Source: Camelus ferus (lineage: Eukaryota). Taken from it: a stretch of 60,000 nt of DNA. The stretch spans positions 9,612,001 to 9,672,000 of the forward strand of contig NC_045698.1 in NCBI RefSeq assembly GCF_009834535.1. Direction: 5' to 3'. This document shows positions 1-11,960 of this stretch, in pieces; within the stretch, counting starts at the first letter, position 1; the number at the start of each line of letters is the position of its first letter. A program made the translations under genes and the position numbers. The notes under the pieces are model-generated. The model was not told the origin of the DNA and searched no databases. It saw only the letters and a program-made list of their open reading frames with translations.

Positions 1-1156
1 TTCACCATGTTTTCTGTATTTATTTCTCTCAAAATGGCTAAACGCTTTCATAGAATTGTGCAGAGTTTTGAGGTGACAAAGAGGAAACAGTGATGCTAGT
101 ACAGAGTACGAAGTAGGATGAAAAGCAGAAGGAGTTATTTCCTTGTCTGTAAGAAGAATAACACAAGAACTGCTTTTGCTTTCGATAATGATGTTAACAT
201 GCCGATATAAATGCATCTTGTCTTCAAGCTTGAGATCTCATGTCATGGTAATGGAGGTTTAGGTGATGTTTATAATTATACAAAATTGCATGGCTTGAGA
301 GTGGGAAAGAGCTGAGGCAGACCTCACTGACAACACAGATGAGGAGGAAACACAGAAACACTGTGTTAGGAATCAATACAATCCCTTGTGAAATAGAGCA
401 TCTCACACACAAGGATGCATGGACCCAACTCACTGATGGCATTAGCTACTAATGCCATGGTAAAGAATTGTGTCATTTTGTTTTGAATAAAAAAATCACT
501 CTGTCACTCAACTTCAAAGAAGTCATTTTAAGCAAAAAGAATACCATGTGTTTGTGTTTTAAAAATCCATTTGAATATCGGTATATATGTAAATGTTTAG
601 AAAACTTTCTTGTAGGATCTCCAACAAGCTGTGAATAAGATTTACCCCTGGGGATGGCAGTGGAATTGGGTGGAAATAGGCTTTTAAGTTTTATTTGTCA
701 TGCCTCCTTATTACTCTGATGTTTAATTTGAACATATTACTTGTGTAATTTTTTAAATGTAAACAGCAAGAAAACCAGGCTCCTAGTCTCTGAGGATGAT
801 GAATAAGGACCTTGCATGTCCATCTGAGCTAGAGAGTTAAATGAGCCAGGAGGCCACCCAGAGGCTAGGGGACAGGAAACAGATGTGTATTAAAGTAACT
901 CAGGCAACCCTAAAATTCACTTTTCATAGCAAGGATCTTACCAAAAGCAATTAACAGTACATGTGCCAAGTTACTTCCCTTTATAAGGAATGTGGCTGAC
1001 CTATGTGATTATGCTTTGGGTACTCAGAACTTCCTGAAGCTATTGCCCAAGGATAATGTTTGAGCAGACAAAGACGCTTCAGCTTTTTTTATATTAAATT
1101 TATACACAGATATTTATGTACACACATATGTACTTGCATATATATATATATACACA

Positions 1157-1350
1157 CAGTTGTCTGCGGGAGATTGGTTTAGGACCCACCAACGATGCCA
1201 AAATCCACTGACATTACAAGTCTCATAGTTGGCCCTCTATAGTCGTCTTCCGCATCCATGGATTCAACCAATCACAGGTCACTTAGTACCATAGTACATA
1301 TCTAGTGAAAAAGTCCACAGATAAGTGGACCCACACAGTTCAAAACCCAC
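1157..1350 (-). mobile_element. MER8/Tigger2-derived MITE (TcMar-Tigger)
   Basis: cagttgtc...gattggtttaggaccc...ccaaaatcc...ataagtggacccacacagttcaaaaccc matches recalled MER8/Tigger2 terminal sequences; preceded by a TA-rich run. Confidence 0.75.
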
Positions 1351-2069
1351 GCATAGACAGATAGATAGATGTCTGCATATGGAGGTATAAGGTATATTTA
1401 TACCTAAGACTTGCTCAGCCATCGACTCTATCACACATAATTTACTCCCTGTTTATCTTGTAACCCCAGCATTTAGAACAGTTCCTGGGATGTATTACAT
1501 GGTCCATAAATTTGTTTCATTGACCTGTAATCTTTACAAGTTCCATTTTAGGATTTAACAGATCCAAAGAGAAAAAAAAAATCTCTTAATGAGATAAGGA
1601 CAAAAATTTAGAAAGCTGACCCTGACATCTAAGAAAGAATCACTTTCTTTTTCAAAGGAACAAAGTCATGAGCAAGAAGGGTAAAAGCAAGCCCTGAATG
1701 TGCCATAAACATTCTTCTAATCTATCAATTTCTGGTTCAATAGAAACTAGCAAGCAGGAATACAGTTTTTGCCCCTTAAAGGTAATCCAGATTGATTCCT
1801 GAGGAAACCGAGAGACAGAAGCCATACGTGGGAACCCTCACACAGTGTGCGGCGAGTCCCAGACCAGGCGCCACGGAAGGACAGCAGCACCAGTGACCCC
1901 TCCACTGACCTGGCAGAAAGGGACTGCCCAGTAGGCATGCAGGTATGGTCAGCACTAAAGGGAATGGCTACAAAGGCGAAGTGTTCACTCATTCAGATTT
2001 TTGCACGTTTACTATGTTCCAAGTGGGATGCATTAAAAATCCAAGAAGGCAAAAATCTCTGTCATTAGG

Positions 2070-2960
2070 GTCTAGTGAACGGAGACAGGCAATAAAATGT
2101 ACACACAATCAATAGCTTAATTATATAGTGAATTAGTAGGTGTTAATTGTCATGGAAAATAGAGCTGGGCAAGTGGAACCGGAAGCATATGGGAGTGGGG
2201 GGATGTTGCAAACATCAATAGATGCGGTCAAGTCAATGTCATTGTCAACTAAAATAAAATCACACAACGAGAGCGCTGTGGGCTAAGTTTTATCTGGGGG
2301 AAAAATGAGGACTATAGCCCAGATAGCTCTGAGAAACTGTTTCAAAGGGGCAGGGGGAAAACTCAGTATTATATATGATTTCAGTGAGGAGGGATACATG
2401 CAGTCCAACACATGTTTAGGTAGAGGCTTGCTGCTAGTCGCCAGGAACAGGTGTCACTGTTAACGATTTTAGTGCTATTCTAGATATAAGGAGACGCAAG
2501 AAATGGGCTCGTAAAATTTTCTCCTGAAAATATCTAACTATCTGAAGGTCTGTTTAGCCAGTTTTCCCAGAGCACCGAGCACCTCCTTCCTGACCTCCGT
2601 CCTGAACTCCTTCCCGGGTGTGTTGGAGGTCAGTGGCTGCAGCAGCGCATGATTTAATCCAGGCAGAGGTAGATGGCCAGTGCCGACGTGATCCAGTCCT
2701 TGTAGAGGCAGACTGCACGTGCTAGTTTTTAGTTAGCATCCTGAAGATGGCAGCCCTGTGAACAAGCACAGAAAAGAGTAACAGACCCGGGGAGGAACTC
2801 AATGTTGAGGGGGAATGATTAACTAAAAGAGATGAGCATTTAGACCTAGACATACAGCTGTAGCCGGAGAAACTGGAAAACCAACTGAAAAAATAGTTGA
2901 AGATGAAACTGGAGAGCACTGTAATAGAGAAGCCTGGAACTGGAACCCTCTAGAGAAAGA
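2070..2960 (-). mobile_element. L2 LINE fragment, interrupted by an ERV1 LTR at 2243-2738
   Basis: Degenerate L2 3'-region sequence continues on both sides of the LTR. Confidence 0.55.
2243..2738 (-). mobile_element. ERV1-class solo LTR (cetartiodactyl MER41/LTR39-like)
   Basis: TG...CA termini (tgtcaact...agttagca); near-TSD tcat (2239-2242) / tcct (2739-2742); shares gaggactatagcc...cagatagctctgag...actgtttcaaag with the LTR at 36410. Confidence 0.8.
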
Positions 2961-3895
2961 ATGTCCTAGGTCACAGGTGATGAAGGGAGTGGCAAGATGG
3001 TTCCTTATTTCCCTTATTCAGCCTCCCAGGACAGAGGACAAAGCACTGTAGTGGACCCCAGAACACTCATTTTGGTTTATACTCCTATTAATATTAATCG
3101 AACACTTACAAAATTATTGCCATACTAACTTATATTCTAGGAAGCCCGGGTACGTCTGCACAGCATGATATTTAAAAGAGGAAGAAAATTTATACTGCTG
3201 AAGGCCGATCCTTCTAAAAGAAGTGCCAGCTTCTGGGAGGAAGGTCAGTGGGTCTCAGGGCTCTGGGCTTCTGTGGGCTTTCTATGTCTCTCATAGCTAG
3301 CTGGAGTAAACTTGTCTCTTCCCTGCCTGGGTTGGTGTTCTCCAACATTTTTCCAGCAGTGTGCAAAGGTTTCTTCTGTATCTGTCATTGTGAAGCTCAA
3401 ATGACACTACAGTTACTGTTTACGACTGTCAGCATGGCTATTATGGAGAAGGATAGAAGATGGTGTCTAAGGGAACCCAGAATCTACATCTTGTTAACGA
3501 GGCTCCTTAAGGCTAACTGCACAATCATAACAGTCGACAGAGCAAGTCAATTTTCTGAGTATCCAATTTCAGGGTCCAAAACACGGAGATGCAAATAGGA
3601 ACTGGCCCATCAGACAGCTGCCGTACATGTTAGGTATTTTGGGAGGTGCTGAATGTGGAAAGTTAGACACAGATCCATGCTTGATTTGTCACATTGCAAT
3701 AAGAGAGTTAAGAGTGAGCAGGTGCTCACAAGTACAGAACACTACAGAAGACGTGTGTGCAGAGCCTTTTCAATCGGAGATGAAGAGCGCTATAATGTGA
3801 TGGAGGACAGGATGGAGAAAAATGGTACAGAAGGTGGTCTTGACAAGACTTGGCAAAAGGTAGTTCACTAGACAAATAGAGGGGAACATTTCAGA

Positions 3896-3967
3896 TGTGT
3901 GTGTGTGTGAGTGTGTGTGTGTGTGAGTGTGTGTGTGTGAGTGTGTGTGTGTGAGTGTGTGTGTGTG
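3896..3967. repeat. (TG)n microsatellite with periodic GA interruptions
   Basis: Directly visible. Confidence 0.95.
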
Positions 3968-4839
3968 GAAAAGGGAGGGGGTGGGGTGGGGGGAGACTGT
4001 AAGCACAGAGGCCAGAAAATGCATGACTAGAGAAAAGATAAAAGGTTTTGTAAAACTATTTTCCATGTCTAGCCCCATGTCAAAAATGTTATATAAGGAG
4101 CTTTGAATAGATAGGTGTTTGAATTTTATTTTTAAATTATTAAAATATTTTGATGCACGTTCAAAGACATTCTAGGTAAGAGTTAATAACATGATTCTGC
4201 AAAGTGAGTAAACTTGCAGAATTTGGAACGACGTTTAGCACTGAAGTTTTATATCTCACAGAGCCCCAGCTAGTGAGAGAATGAACTCTGCTCCAATCCG
4301 CCTTGTCTCCCACTTAGCCTGGCTGATAAAAGGCAAGGTATCAATCAGGAAAGAGCATAACTACCTAGTGCTTTAGGGAGAGATACGGACACCTAGCAAG
4401 AACATGAAACCATTATGGAATCATTTGAGTTTGGATGAGCATAGGTCAAAACCATAACTTTTCGAAAAATGTCATTGGCATAGAAATCAGACTCTAGACT
4501 GAAGGGATACAATTCCCTAAAAGGTTTCCAACTTTCTTCTCTTTAAGACTGAGATATTAAGTATTCCTTAAAAGCTATGCTATTTAGATGCACAAAATCA
4601 AAACACTCAATACAAAACAATTTCAGCTGCAGAGCACACATGCCCAACAAATGCTCTAGTCCCTTCTCTGTAACTGGTGTCAGCGTTAACCAGTTAATCA
4701 AGGAAAGTGACCTCCAGCATCACTGACTCATCCCTCTTAGTCCTACAGCCTTCCCACCTCCAATAGAAGTCTCTCCTCCTTTCCATTCCTTTTCAGGGGC
4801 TCATCTCCAGGTAAACCAAGAGAGCAACTGATGTGGAAG

Positions 4840-4950
4840 ACAGAACAGCAAGGTGATTAAAAGCTGACGCTCCTGGATTCTGTAAATGGGGATCTGAATC
4901 TTGGTCTGCTACCCACCCACCAGCCATGTGACCTTGAAAAGTAACAACGT
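4840..4950 (+). mobile_element. MIR SINE fragment
   Basis: ctgaatcttggtctgctacc...ccatgtgaccttgaaaagt resembles the MIR core. Confidence 0.55.
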
Positions 4951-4952
4951 GT

Positions 4953-5110
4953 AGACACATTTCTGATTGCCATAACTGTGAGGGTGCTAACAGCATCTAT
5001 GCGCAGAGGCCAGCAACGCTGCTAAACATTCTACAGTGCACAGGCCATCCCCTTGCAGTACAGAATCACCTGCCCCCAAGTGTCAGTTGTGCTGAGGTTG
5101 AGAAACGCTA
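4953..5110. mobile_element. MER20 (hAT-Charlie MITE)
   Basis: gcatctatgcgcagaggccagcaacgctgctaaacattctacagtgcacagg...gtgctgaggttgagaaac matches recalled MER20. Confidence 0.85.
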
Positions 5111-5129
5111 ATCTGAGTCACTATCAGCT

Positions 5130-5642
5130 ATTATCTGGATGATTTCAGTACTTCCTCCTGAGCAGGTCTCTGCCTGCCTCTCCAGCCAGAGTCATCTTTA
5201 CAAAATGTTAGTTGGTCCAGGGCATATCACTCTCAACCCTTCAAGGCTCCTCATCACATTTAGAATAAAATTCAAAACTCTTGCCTCCCCGCCCCAAGGC
5301 CTACATGAGCTGGCCCCTGAGTCCTGCTCTGACGCCTTTCCACCTCCCTTCCCTTGCTTCAGCTCCACATTCAGGGGCCCTGATCAGAGATGCCGTCCTG
5401 GACCACCCTACCTAAAATTGCACCCCTCCCCTCATCACCCATCACAGTCATCCTGCTGTATCCTTCTTTACAGAGCACATCACATCATCATATATTACAA
5501 ATATATTTTGTTTGCCGTTTGTCTCCCACACTGGGCAGCAGGAGATTTTCGTCTGCTTTTACCCCATTATATTCCCTGCACGTCAAGCAATGCTGCTACA
5601 TAGCTCATACTCCATAAATGTTTGCTAAATCAATGAGTGAAT
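5130..5642 (+). mobile_element. L2 LINE 3' region
   Basis: cagccagagtcatctttacaaaatg...tttagaataaaattcaaaactc...; ends with L2-type tail ataaatgtttgctaaatcaatgagtgaa. Confidence 0.75.
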
Positions 5643-6588
5643 TCTGCTTGCAACAGGTTTATGAACATCTATGTAGCTGACCTGGGTTATTTTAAAGGAT
5701 GGCAAGGAAGGTATAGGTGGACTGGTAGAATCTAAGTTTCCATCTGTGGGCTCCTAGGCCATTTACTAGATGGCATTAAGCTATTGGTTTATATTATTTC
5801 TTTCCACCATTAAATTACATGTGTCCTAAGGAGAGGCATGGAAACTTTTTAACTTTCCATTTCCCAGAAAACCTAGTTCTATGCCTAAATCATAGCAGTT
5901 GGCTAATAATAGTTTGTTGAAAATAAAAAAGAAAACATTGTCAGATATCTTATGCCAAAATGTGCATAATGAAATTAATGTAATAGCTGTGAGTTAAGGA
6001 AAATGGCTACTTAGAAATCTCTGTTTTAAATAATATCTTGACATGATACTAATAGGTTAATTATCTTACTGTACAACATTCATTATGGATACTCAGGGTT
6101 TTTTTAATTCTATGTTTTATAGTATCTGCATTCCACTGTTGCAGATGTGAATAGTTTTGTATCAGCCGCATATAGCAGTGTTTCTTTCTGGGAAAAGGAG
6201 AAAAAAAAAAAAAACCCTTACCACAAAAAGGGAGACTATGTTTCTTTCCTGTAGTTTTAAGTCTTTAGCAATTCTTCCTTTGAAACATCTTCTAATATAT
6301 AAAGTTTTCTGAGAAACTTTGAGGAAATGGAAGCAACATATTATTCACAACTGCAAACAATTTTATATTTTCTATGAGCTTTTATATTCTCGGTGGTGGA
6401 TTTGAGGTGATTTCTTAATCAGAAATATGTTTGAAATGCAAATTGCCACCTGACTTTCAGTGTTATGAGCATCCAATATTGCCCCACTTCTCATCCACTA
6501 TCTCCCTAAGGCTTCCCCCAGTCATCTTTGCCCGTTCTACATCTTTGTATCTCTATAAACTTTTACTTCAATTCTAGAATATGTAGAA

Positions 6589-7169
6589 TGTCAAAGCAAA
6601 AATTGCAGGGGATGCAAGTAGGCAGGCAAGGAAGACTTTATTCAGTCTACTGCAATGGAGGATAGAACCTAAAGGAAGTGACTCCACTGGGGGAAAAAAA
6701 GACAGGAGGGTCTTTAAGCACTAAGGTGAACTGATGGAAAAGGCTGGAGGGCGGTAGGGGTGAGGCTGATCAAGCGGATGCACTGAACACATTGAGTCAT
6801 TCCCACGTTTGTGAATGGCTTTCTCTGCAACTATACTATTCGCTTGCTAGTTGATACCCATCCAAGTCAGGCCCCCACCTCCCACAGGGACAGGAGATAG
6901 GGCCAGAGAGATGCTATGTTACTTGATTTTTAACTTTCAAAGAGATGGTTCCTCAGGTCCTTGAGAAAGGCATTTCCTGGGTTGTAAAACTGGCCGGTGA
7001 GAGACTAGGATACGATTTACATCCATTTCAAGGGGCAGAGAAAGAATTTACAACTGCTAGTTTTCTAAGGAAAATGCTCTAAGAAAAGGAGCATCCGGGG
7101 CCTATAGTCAGAAAGAAATCTGCCTTAAGTTTAGCCACGCTGAGGAGAACACTGAGTCTGTCCTGGTCA
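6589..7169 (-). mobile_element. ERV1-class solo LTR (MER31/MER67-like)
   Basis: tgtcaaag...cctggtca termini; minus-strand AATAAA near 6638; aaatgctctaagaaaagg...ggcctatagtcag...gtttag motif typical of this LTR group. Confidence 0.7.
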
Positions 7170-7384
7170 GGATGGCATCATTACAACAGCCGCAGATGCA
7201 TACATTTCAGGCACTAGAGATGCTGACTGCGAGATCCTATTAATGAGTTCCTGTTCTCATTTCCATAAAATCATCCACTGTGATTTGGATGAATTTGTGT
7301 GTGTGTATGTCTTTATAAAAGTATCATTTGGGATTTTGAAAGAGTTGTTTTTCTTGCTAGCAAGGCACTGAGCACTTGTGCCGC

Positions 7385-7680
7385 AGGTGGGCCTTTTGGG
7401 AGGTCATTGGGTCATGAGGCTAGAGCCCACAGGATGGCTTGCTGGCCTTGTAAGAGGAGGCCGGGGGCTAGCTCGCTCACTCTCATCCACATGAGGACAC
7501 AGTTAGATGATACAATGATCAGAGGGTGAAACCTAATTAATTAGAGGGCAGTCTTCAACTGCAAGAGAACCCAGTCAAGCACCCTAATCTGGCCCTTCCA
7601 GCCTCCAGAACTGTGGGAAATAAATGTCTGCTGTTTAAAGCACCCAGTCTGGTATTTTGTTACAGTGTCCCTCACTAAGT
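7385..7680 (+). mobile_element. MaLR LTR, MLT1A-like
   Basis: gggaggtcattgggtcatgagg...ttccagcctccagaactgtgggaaataaatgtctgctgtttaaag. Confidence 0.8.
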
Positions 7681-7766
7681 CACTGCTACACGCTCCGATG
7701 ATGCCCGATTTATAGTCACCTTTTCTTCAATACTATCATCAATATTGCCATCAATATTATCAAGAG

Positions 7767-8263
7767 TGTTATCAGTAAGTGGGCTCCGGTAGGACTAGCA
7801 GACCTCGTTTTGTGAAGGAAAAACCGGGCTAGTCTAACAAGATAACTCACAGGTCTAGGAATGTGAAGGAGAGGCTGGGCTGGGCTAACAAGTCTAAGTA
7901 TTGGAATACTGATCTGAGTTCTGCTGGACTAACTTGTAAATCTAAGTTAATTAGTGTTGGTTTGCTGTTTCTGTGTTTTTGCTAGCCAGCTGAATTTTCA
8001 AAGATACATACCTGGCTTTGGAATGTTGGTTTGCTGCCTCCCCGCCTCCACTTTTGTGATGATAATGCTGCTAAAGCTGTTCCATGCCTATTGGCCGAAT
8101 ACCCCAAGCTTGTACTTTACCCTATAAAACCTCATGTGCACATCTTGAAGGTGCTCAGAGCTTCGGAGCAGAAGCCCCTCTGAGCCCGCCGGCGTAATAC
8201 ATCTGAGTACTCCAACCCTCCGAGTGGTGCTTGTTTCTTGACTGTCCTGTCGTTTCCGTAACA
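7767..8263 (+). mobile_element. Young ERV solo LTR (497 bp)
   Basis: Inverted termini TGTTA...TAACA; ATTGG at 8090; TATAAAA at 8123; variant poly(A) signal AATACA near 8196; CpGs retained; short repeats in U3. Confidence 0.8.
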
Positions 8264-8907
8264 TTTCAGCAATAATCCAAAGCGGAAATCTCAAGGACAG
8301 CAGCAAACCTTCCACTGAGTCTCCTTTCCTCTGCTGCGCCAGGCCTGTGTCTGAGCATGTTAATTGTAAAAACCTCAGTGGAATTTAGAGGGCTCTCCCT
8401 GGAGCATAACAGGTCCTGCATCTCATAAGACTACATTCAATTAGGTTTTTAAAATTGAAAAGTCACTGCCAATTCTGTAATTTAAGTAACTGAGTGCCCG
8501 AGGAAAGAAGGGACACTGAGCTGGGAAGGGAATGCAGACCTTCAGGCTGGTCCCTCATTTTGGCTGAGCCGATTCTCAAGGGTGGAGATAGTGGTGGTGT
8601 GTGCCCTCCTGCTTCTCCAGAGAAGCCAGCAAGATTGCGATCCCTCGGTTTGAGACTACGGCCTCTTGGGTGCACAGGGCACAGAATGAAGCCCGCAGAG
8701 ACTTCGACTGCTGACCTCATTCTCTACCTGCTCATCAGGAAAAGTAATACGCTCTGTTCCTCCAAATTAATCTTCTAAGTCATTAAAAAGAAAATAAATC
8801 TCATGCAAGCGGATCTTCAATGTAATGACAAAATTAACTGGGTAAGAATGAAGGACAGAGGTTCCCAAGATCATAAGAAAGAAATAAAAGTCCATATAAC
8901 AGAGGCA

Positions 8908-8946
8908 GATATATATATATATACATACACACACACACACACACAT
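8908..8946. repeat. (TA)n(CA)n compound microsatellite
   Basis: Directly visible. Confidence 0.9.
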
Positions 8947-9629
8947 ATCTTTTCTTATAACCCCTGCTCATAATCAGTGGCAGTCAGAGAGAGCACTTCC
9001 ACCCATTAGCTAATTAATTCTCACTACATCCTTCTCAGAGATGACCACCTTCCCCAACTCCTTATGCCTTGCCCATGTGGAAATTCAAAACATACTCTTA
9101 AAATGGTAAGAGCTGGAAATTGAATTAGAGATTTATGTTTCCACCTGCTCATTGAAAATTCGGATTTTCATTTTAAGACATCTCCTGAAAATGAACTTTC
9201 CCAAAGTTTACTTTTCCAAAATGGTCAAAATTGACACCAACTGTGATGACCTCAAGCCACCAGGAAATATCTGTATTCTTCCTCTTCTTGAAAATAGTAA
9301 TAAACCAGCTGCTTGCCAGTGCAATGTATATTGAGTATATAAGTCCTTCTATTTCCTTGGTAGTCCTCTTCCCCAATAAGAACAGCATAGCATTTAAACA
9401 TTAATTATGCCATCACCTTACATGAAGCAAAGCTGTGAGCAGCAAAGTCAGAACAGGTATACATTTTAGGTATGGCTTTGAGGGTCAAGATTTCACCTCA
9501 TCTAAAAATTACTTTCAGATAATATTTACTACTGTCATAAAATGCTAGCTTTCTGTTAAGCATATTGGGTTATGTAAATCATGTAAAGATATCAAACTCC
9601 TCTGGAGCTACCAAATTTATTTTCTATTC

Positions 9630-9840
9630 TGTTATAAACTTTATGTTAATTTATATATAATTTTAAAAATTGAAATACAATCACATGATTCAAAAATAAA
9701 AATTTTTAAATATATATATTAAAAATGTCACTCTGACTTTTGTCCCAAATTCACCGAATTCCTACCACCATCTTGTATCACAACAGATAATTGCTATTAG
9801 TAGCCCCTTTGTATCATACCAAAGTTTTTTTGCATATCCA
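9630..9840 (-). mobile_element. Old L1 (L1ME-type) 3' end fragment
   Basis: AT-rich degenerate sequence resembling an antisense L1ME 3' UTR. Confidence 0.45.
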
Positions 9841-10609
9841 CTATTGATTTTAATTTAATAAATGCTTCTCTGCTTAATAAGCTAGTGTAAAACAGAGAAT
9901 AAAGCAATATTTCAAGAGAAGCAAAAAAACTAATTTGATGACAAAGTATTTTTTTATTAAAGAAGATAAGCTTTTTCCACACCATTTTTTTTCTTAATGC
10001 AGCTGAAGTGTTACAGTTCTGATTTCCCAGTACACTATTTTTAGCTAGTGGTTCAATCAAGAAACATGCCCATTTGTCAGGCAAAGTAGAGTCTGGCAAA
10101 TAATTATGAGTCAGACCTGAGAGATGATCTATTTTCTGGATAACAAGCATGAACAGAAAAGAAACATGCAATGTTATTCTGTATTCTAGCATCAGTGTTT
10201 CACAGGGATCCTAATTAATTAGAGGATGAGACTTTATCAGACCTGAAAAGTCCTTTGAGATTTCATCTCAAAATAGAATTCTAACTTTCTCTTTTACACT
10301 AGTAACTGAGATTGCAACTGCAGAGGAGGTTAAGAAATTACCGGCAACTATCAGCAAAAATGATACAGGAAGCAGAATTGCCATAAAAAGAAAGCAGGAC
10401 AATTTTATCCTTCACTGTCAATAAATTTTTATTGGGCATTGATTTGATAGCCTATATTTGTTCCAATTCCACTCTTCAAATATTGCTCCTGACTTCCAAA
10501 GAGTTACAATCTAGATAAATGTAGGAAAAACTAAAATCAATACAGAACATTAACAACTTGTCAAAATTAAAATATGTGTCATAGGGACATTGTTTTCTCA
10601 GTTAGTGAT

Positions 10610-11004
10610 TGTAATAGTCAGCTATTGCTAGAATAACTCTGTGTAACAAAGCATTCTCAAATTTAGTGACTTGCAGTTTTCTTCCCTATATTTCTGCAGG
10701 CTGGTTAGGGTGGCTCCATTTAGGCTGTCAGTGAGCTGAGCTGGGCTCCAGACTGCAGGTGAACCCAGGGCATGTTCTTCTTATGGTGAATGGCAGAGCA
10801 CACACACACAAAAAAAAGATAAAATATCATCAGCATGTTGAAGCCTCAGCTTAGAAGTCATGTGGCCAACGCCAGTATTAATGGGGCAGGAAAGTGTGTT
10901 GTGCCCACAGTGCGAGGGTACTGAAACTTTCATGCAAAAGATGTGGGTAAATAATTTATAACAAGATAATGAAAAATTGATGGGCAATGTTGTAACCTAC
11001 TACA
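10610..11004 (-). mobile_element. MaLR LTR, old MLT1H/I/J-like
   Basis: tgtaatagtcagctattgct...tgtaacaaagcattctcaaatttagtgactt ... ctactaca. Confidence 0.7.
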
Positions 11005-11254
11005 GTGGTAAAGAAAACAAGCTTTTTGTTTTTCTTCAATCAGACAAAGAACACCTTGGAACTATGTTTTTTTTCATCTCCCTAATTCTTTTCACTTGTG
11101 GTGACTTTCTAGTGCCATTTAGTTTGCATAAGTTTCTAAATATTATATTATAGGCTAGCAACTTCTATGTCTTAAGAGGAGTCCAAAAGGGTATCTAGCT
11201 GTAGTTTGTCCCCTGAACACTTAAAACACAGATATGCAAAACAGAACCCAAAGG

Positions 11255-11960
11255 AAACACTCATGTTCATCACAGAATTATTACAATAACCAAGAGGTGA
11301 AAGCATTCCAAAGGTCCATTGATAGACAAATGGAAAAAGAAAATGTGGCATATAAAGACAATGGAATATTACTTAGCCTTTAAAAAGAAGGAAATTCTAT
11401 CAAATGCTACTACATGGGTGTACCTTGAAGGCATTGTGCTAAGAGAAATAAGTCAGCCACAAAATGACAAATACTGTATGATTCCACTTATATGGGGCAA
11501 TGGAATTAAAATGAGATTTGGAAATTTTAGCCATTATATATAAAAAATGATTAAAAAGACAAGTTTCTTCTACATAGCTCAGGGAACTGTATTCAATATC
11601 TTGTAATAATCTTTAAGGAAAAAGACTATGAAAATGAGTATGTGTATGTATATGCATGACTGGGACGTTATGCTGTACACCAGAAAATGACACATTGTAA
11701 CTGACTGTACTGCAATTGAATGAATGAATGAATGAATAATTTTTTTAAATTGTGGTCGCTAGGGGCTGGAGGGAAAGGAAAACGGGGAGTTGTTCAGTGG
11801 GTATAGAGGTTCAGTTCTACATGATGGAAGAGTTCTAGAGATCTGTTGCATAACAGTGTGAATATACTTAACACTAGTGAAATGTACACTTTAAAATAGT
11901 TAGGGTGACAAATTTTATATTGTGTATGTGTGTGTGTGTTTTGTACCACAATTTTTAAAA
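11255..11960 (+). mobile_element. L1 (L1MA10/L1MB-type) ORF2 C-terminus plus 3' UTR, interrupted by a younger L1 3' end
   Basis: ORF 11319-11543 encodes KWKKKMWHIKTMEYYLAFKKKEILSNATTWVYLEGIVLREISQ, the L1 ORF2 C-terminus; 3' UTR resumes near 11750. Confidence 0.9.
11508..11740 (+). mobile_element. Lineage-specific L1 3' end (cetartiodactyl, camelid-like) with (GAAT)n tail
   Basis: ttcttctacatagctcagggaactgtattcaatatcttgtaata...gcatgactgggacgttatgctgtacaccagaaaatgacacattgtaactgactgtact. Confidence 0.8.

Noticed and set aside
1847..1948. Possible exon (ORF MRRVPDQAPRK..., cag|gtatgg) and a REST/NRSE-like motif
   Set aside because: No protein similarity and no good upstream acceptor. The NRSE half-sites (ggacagc, cagcacc) are in the wrong order.
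3770..4078. His/Thr-rich ORF
   Set aside because: It is the translation of the (CA)n microsatellite.
11319..11543. ORF with real-protein-like sequence
   Set aside because: It is an L1 ORF2 C-terminal remnant, not a host gene.
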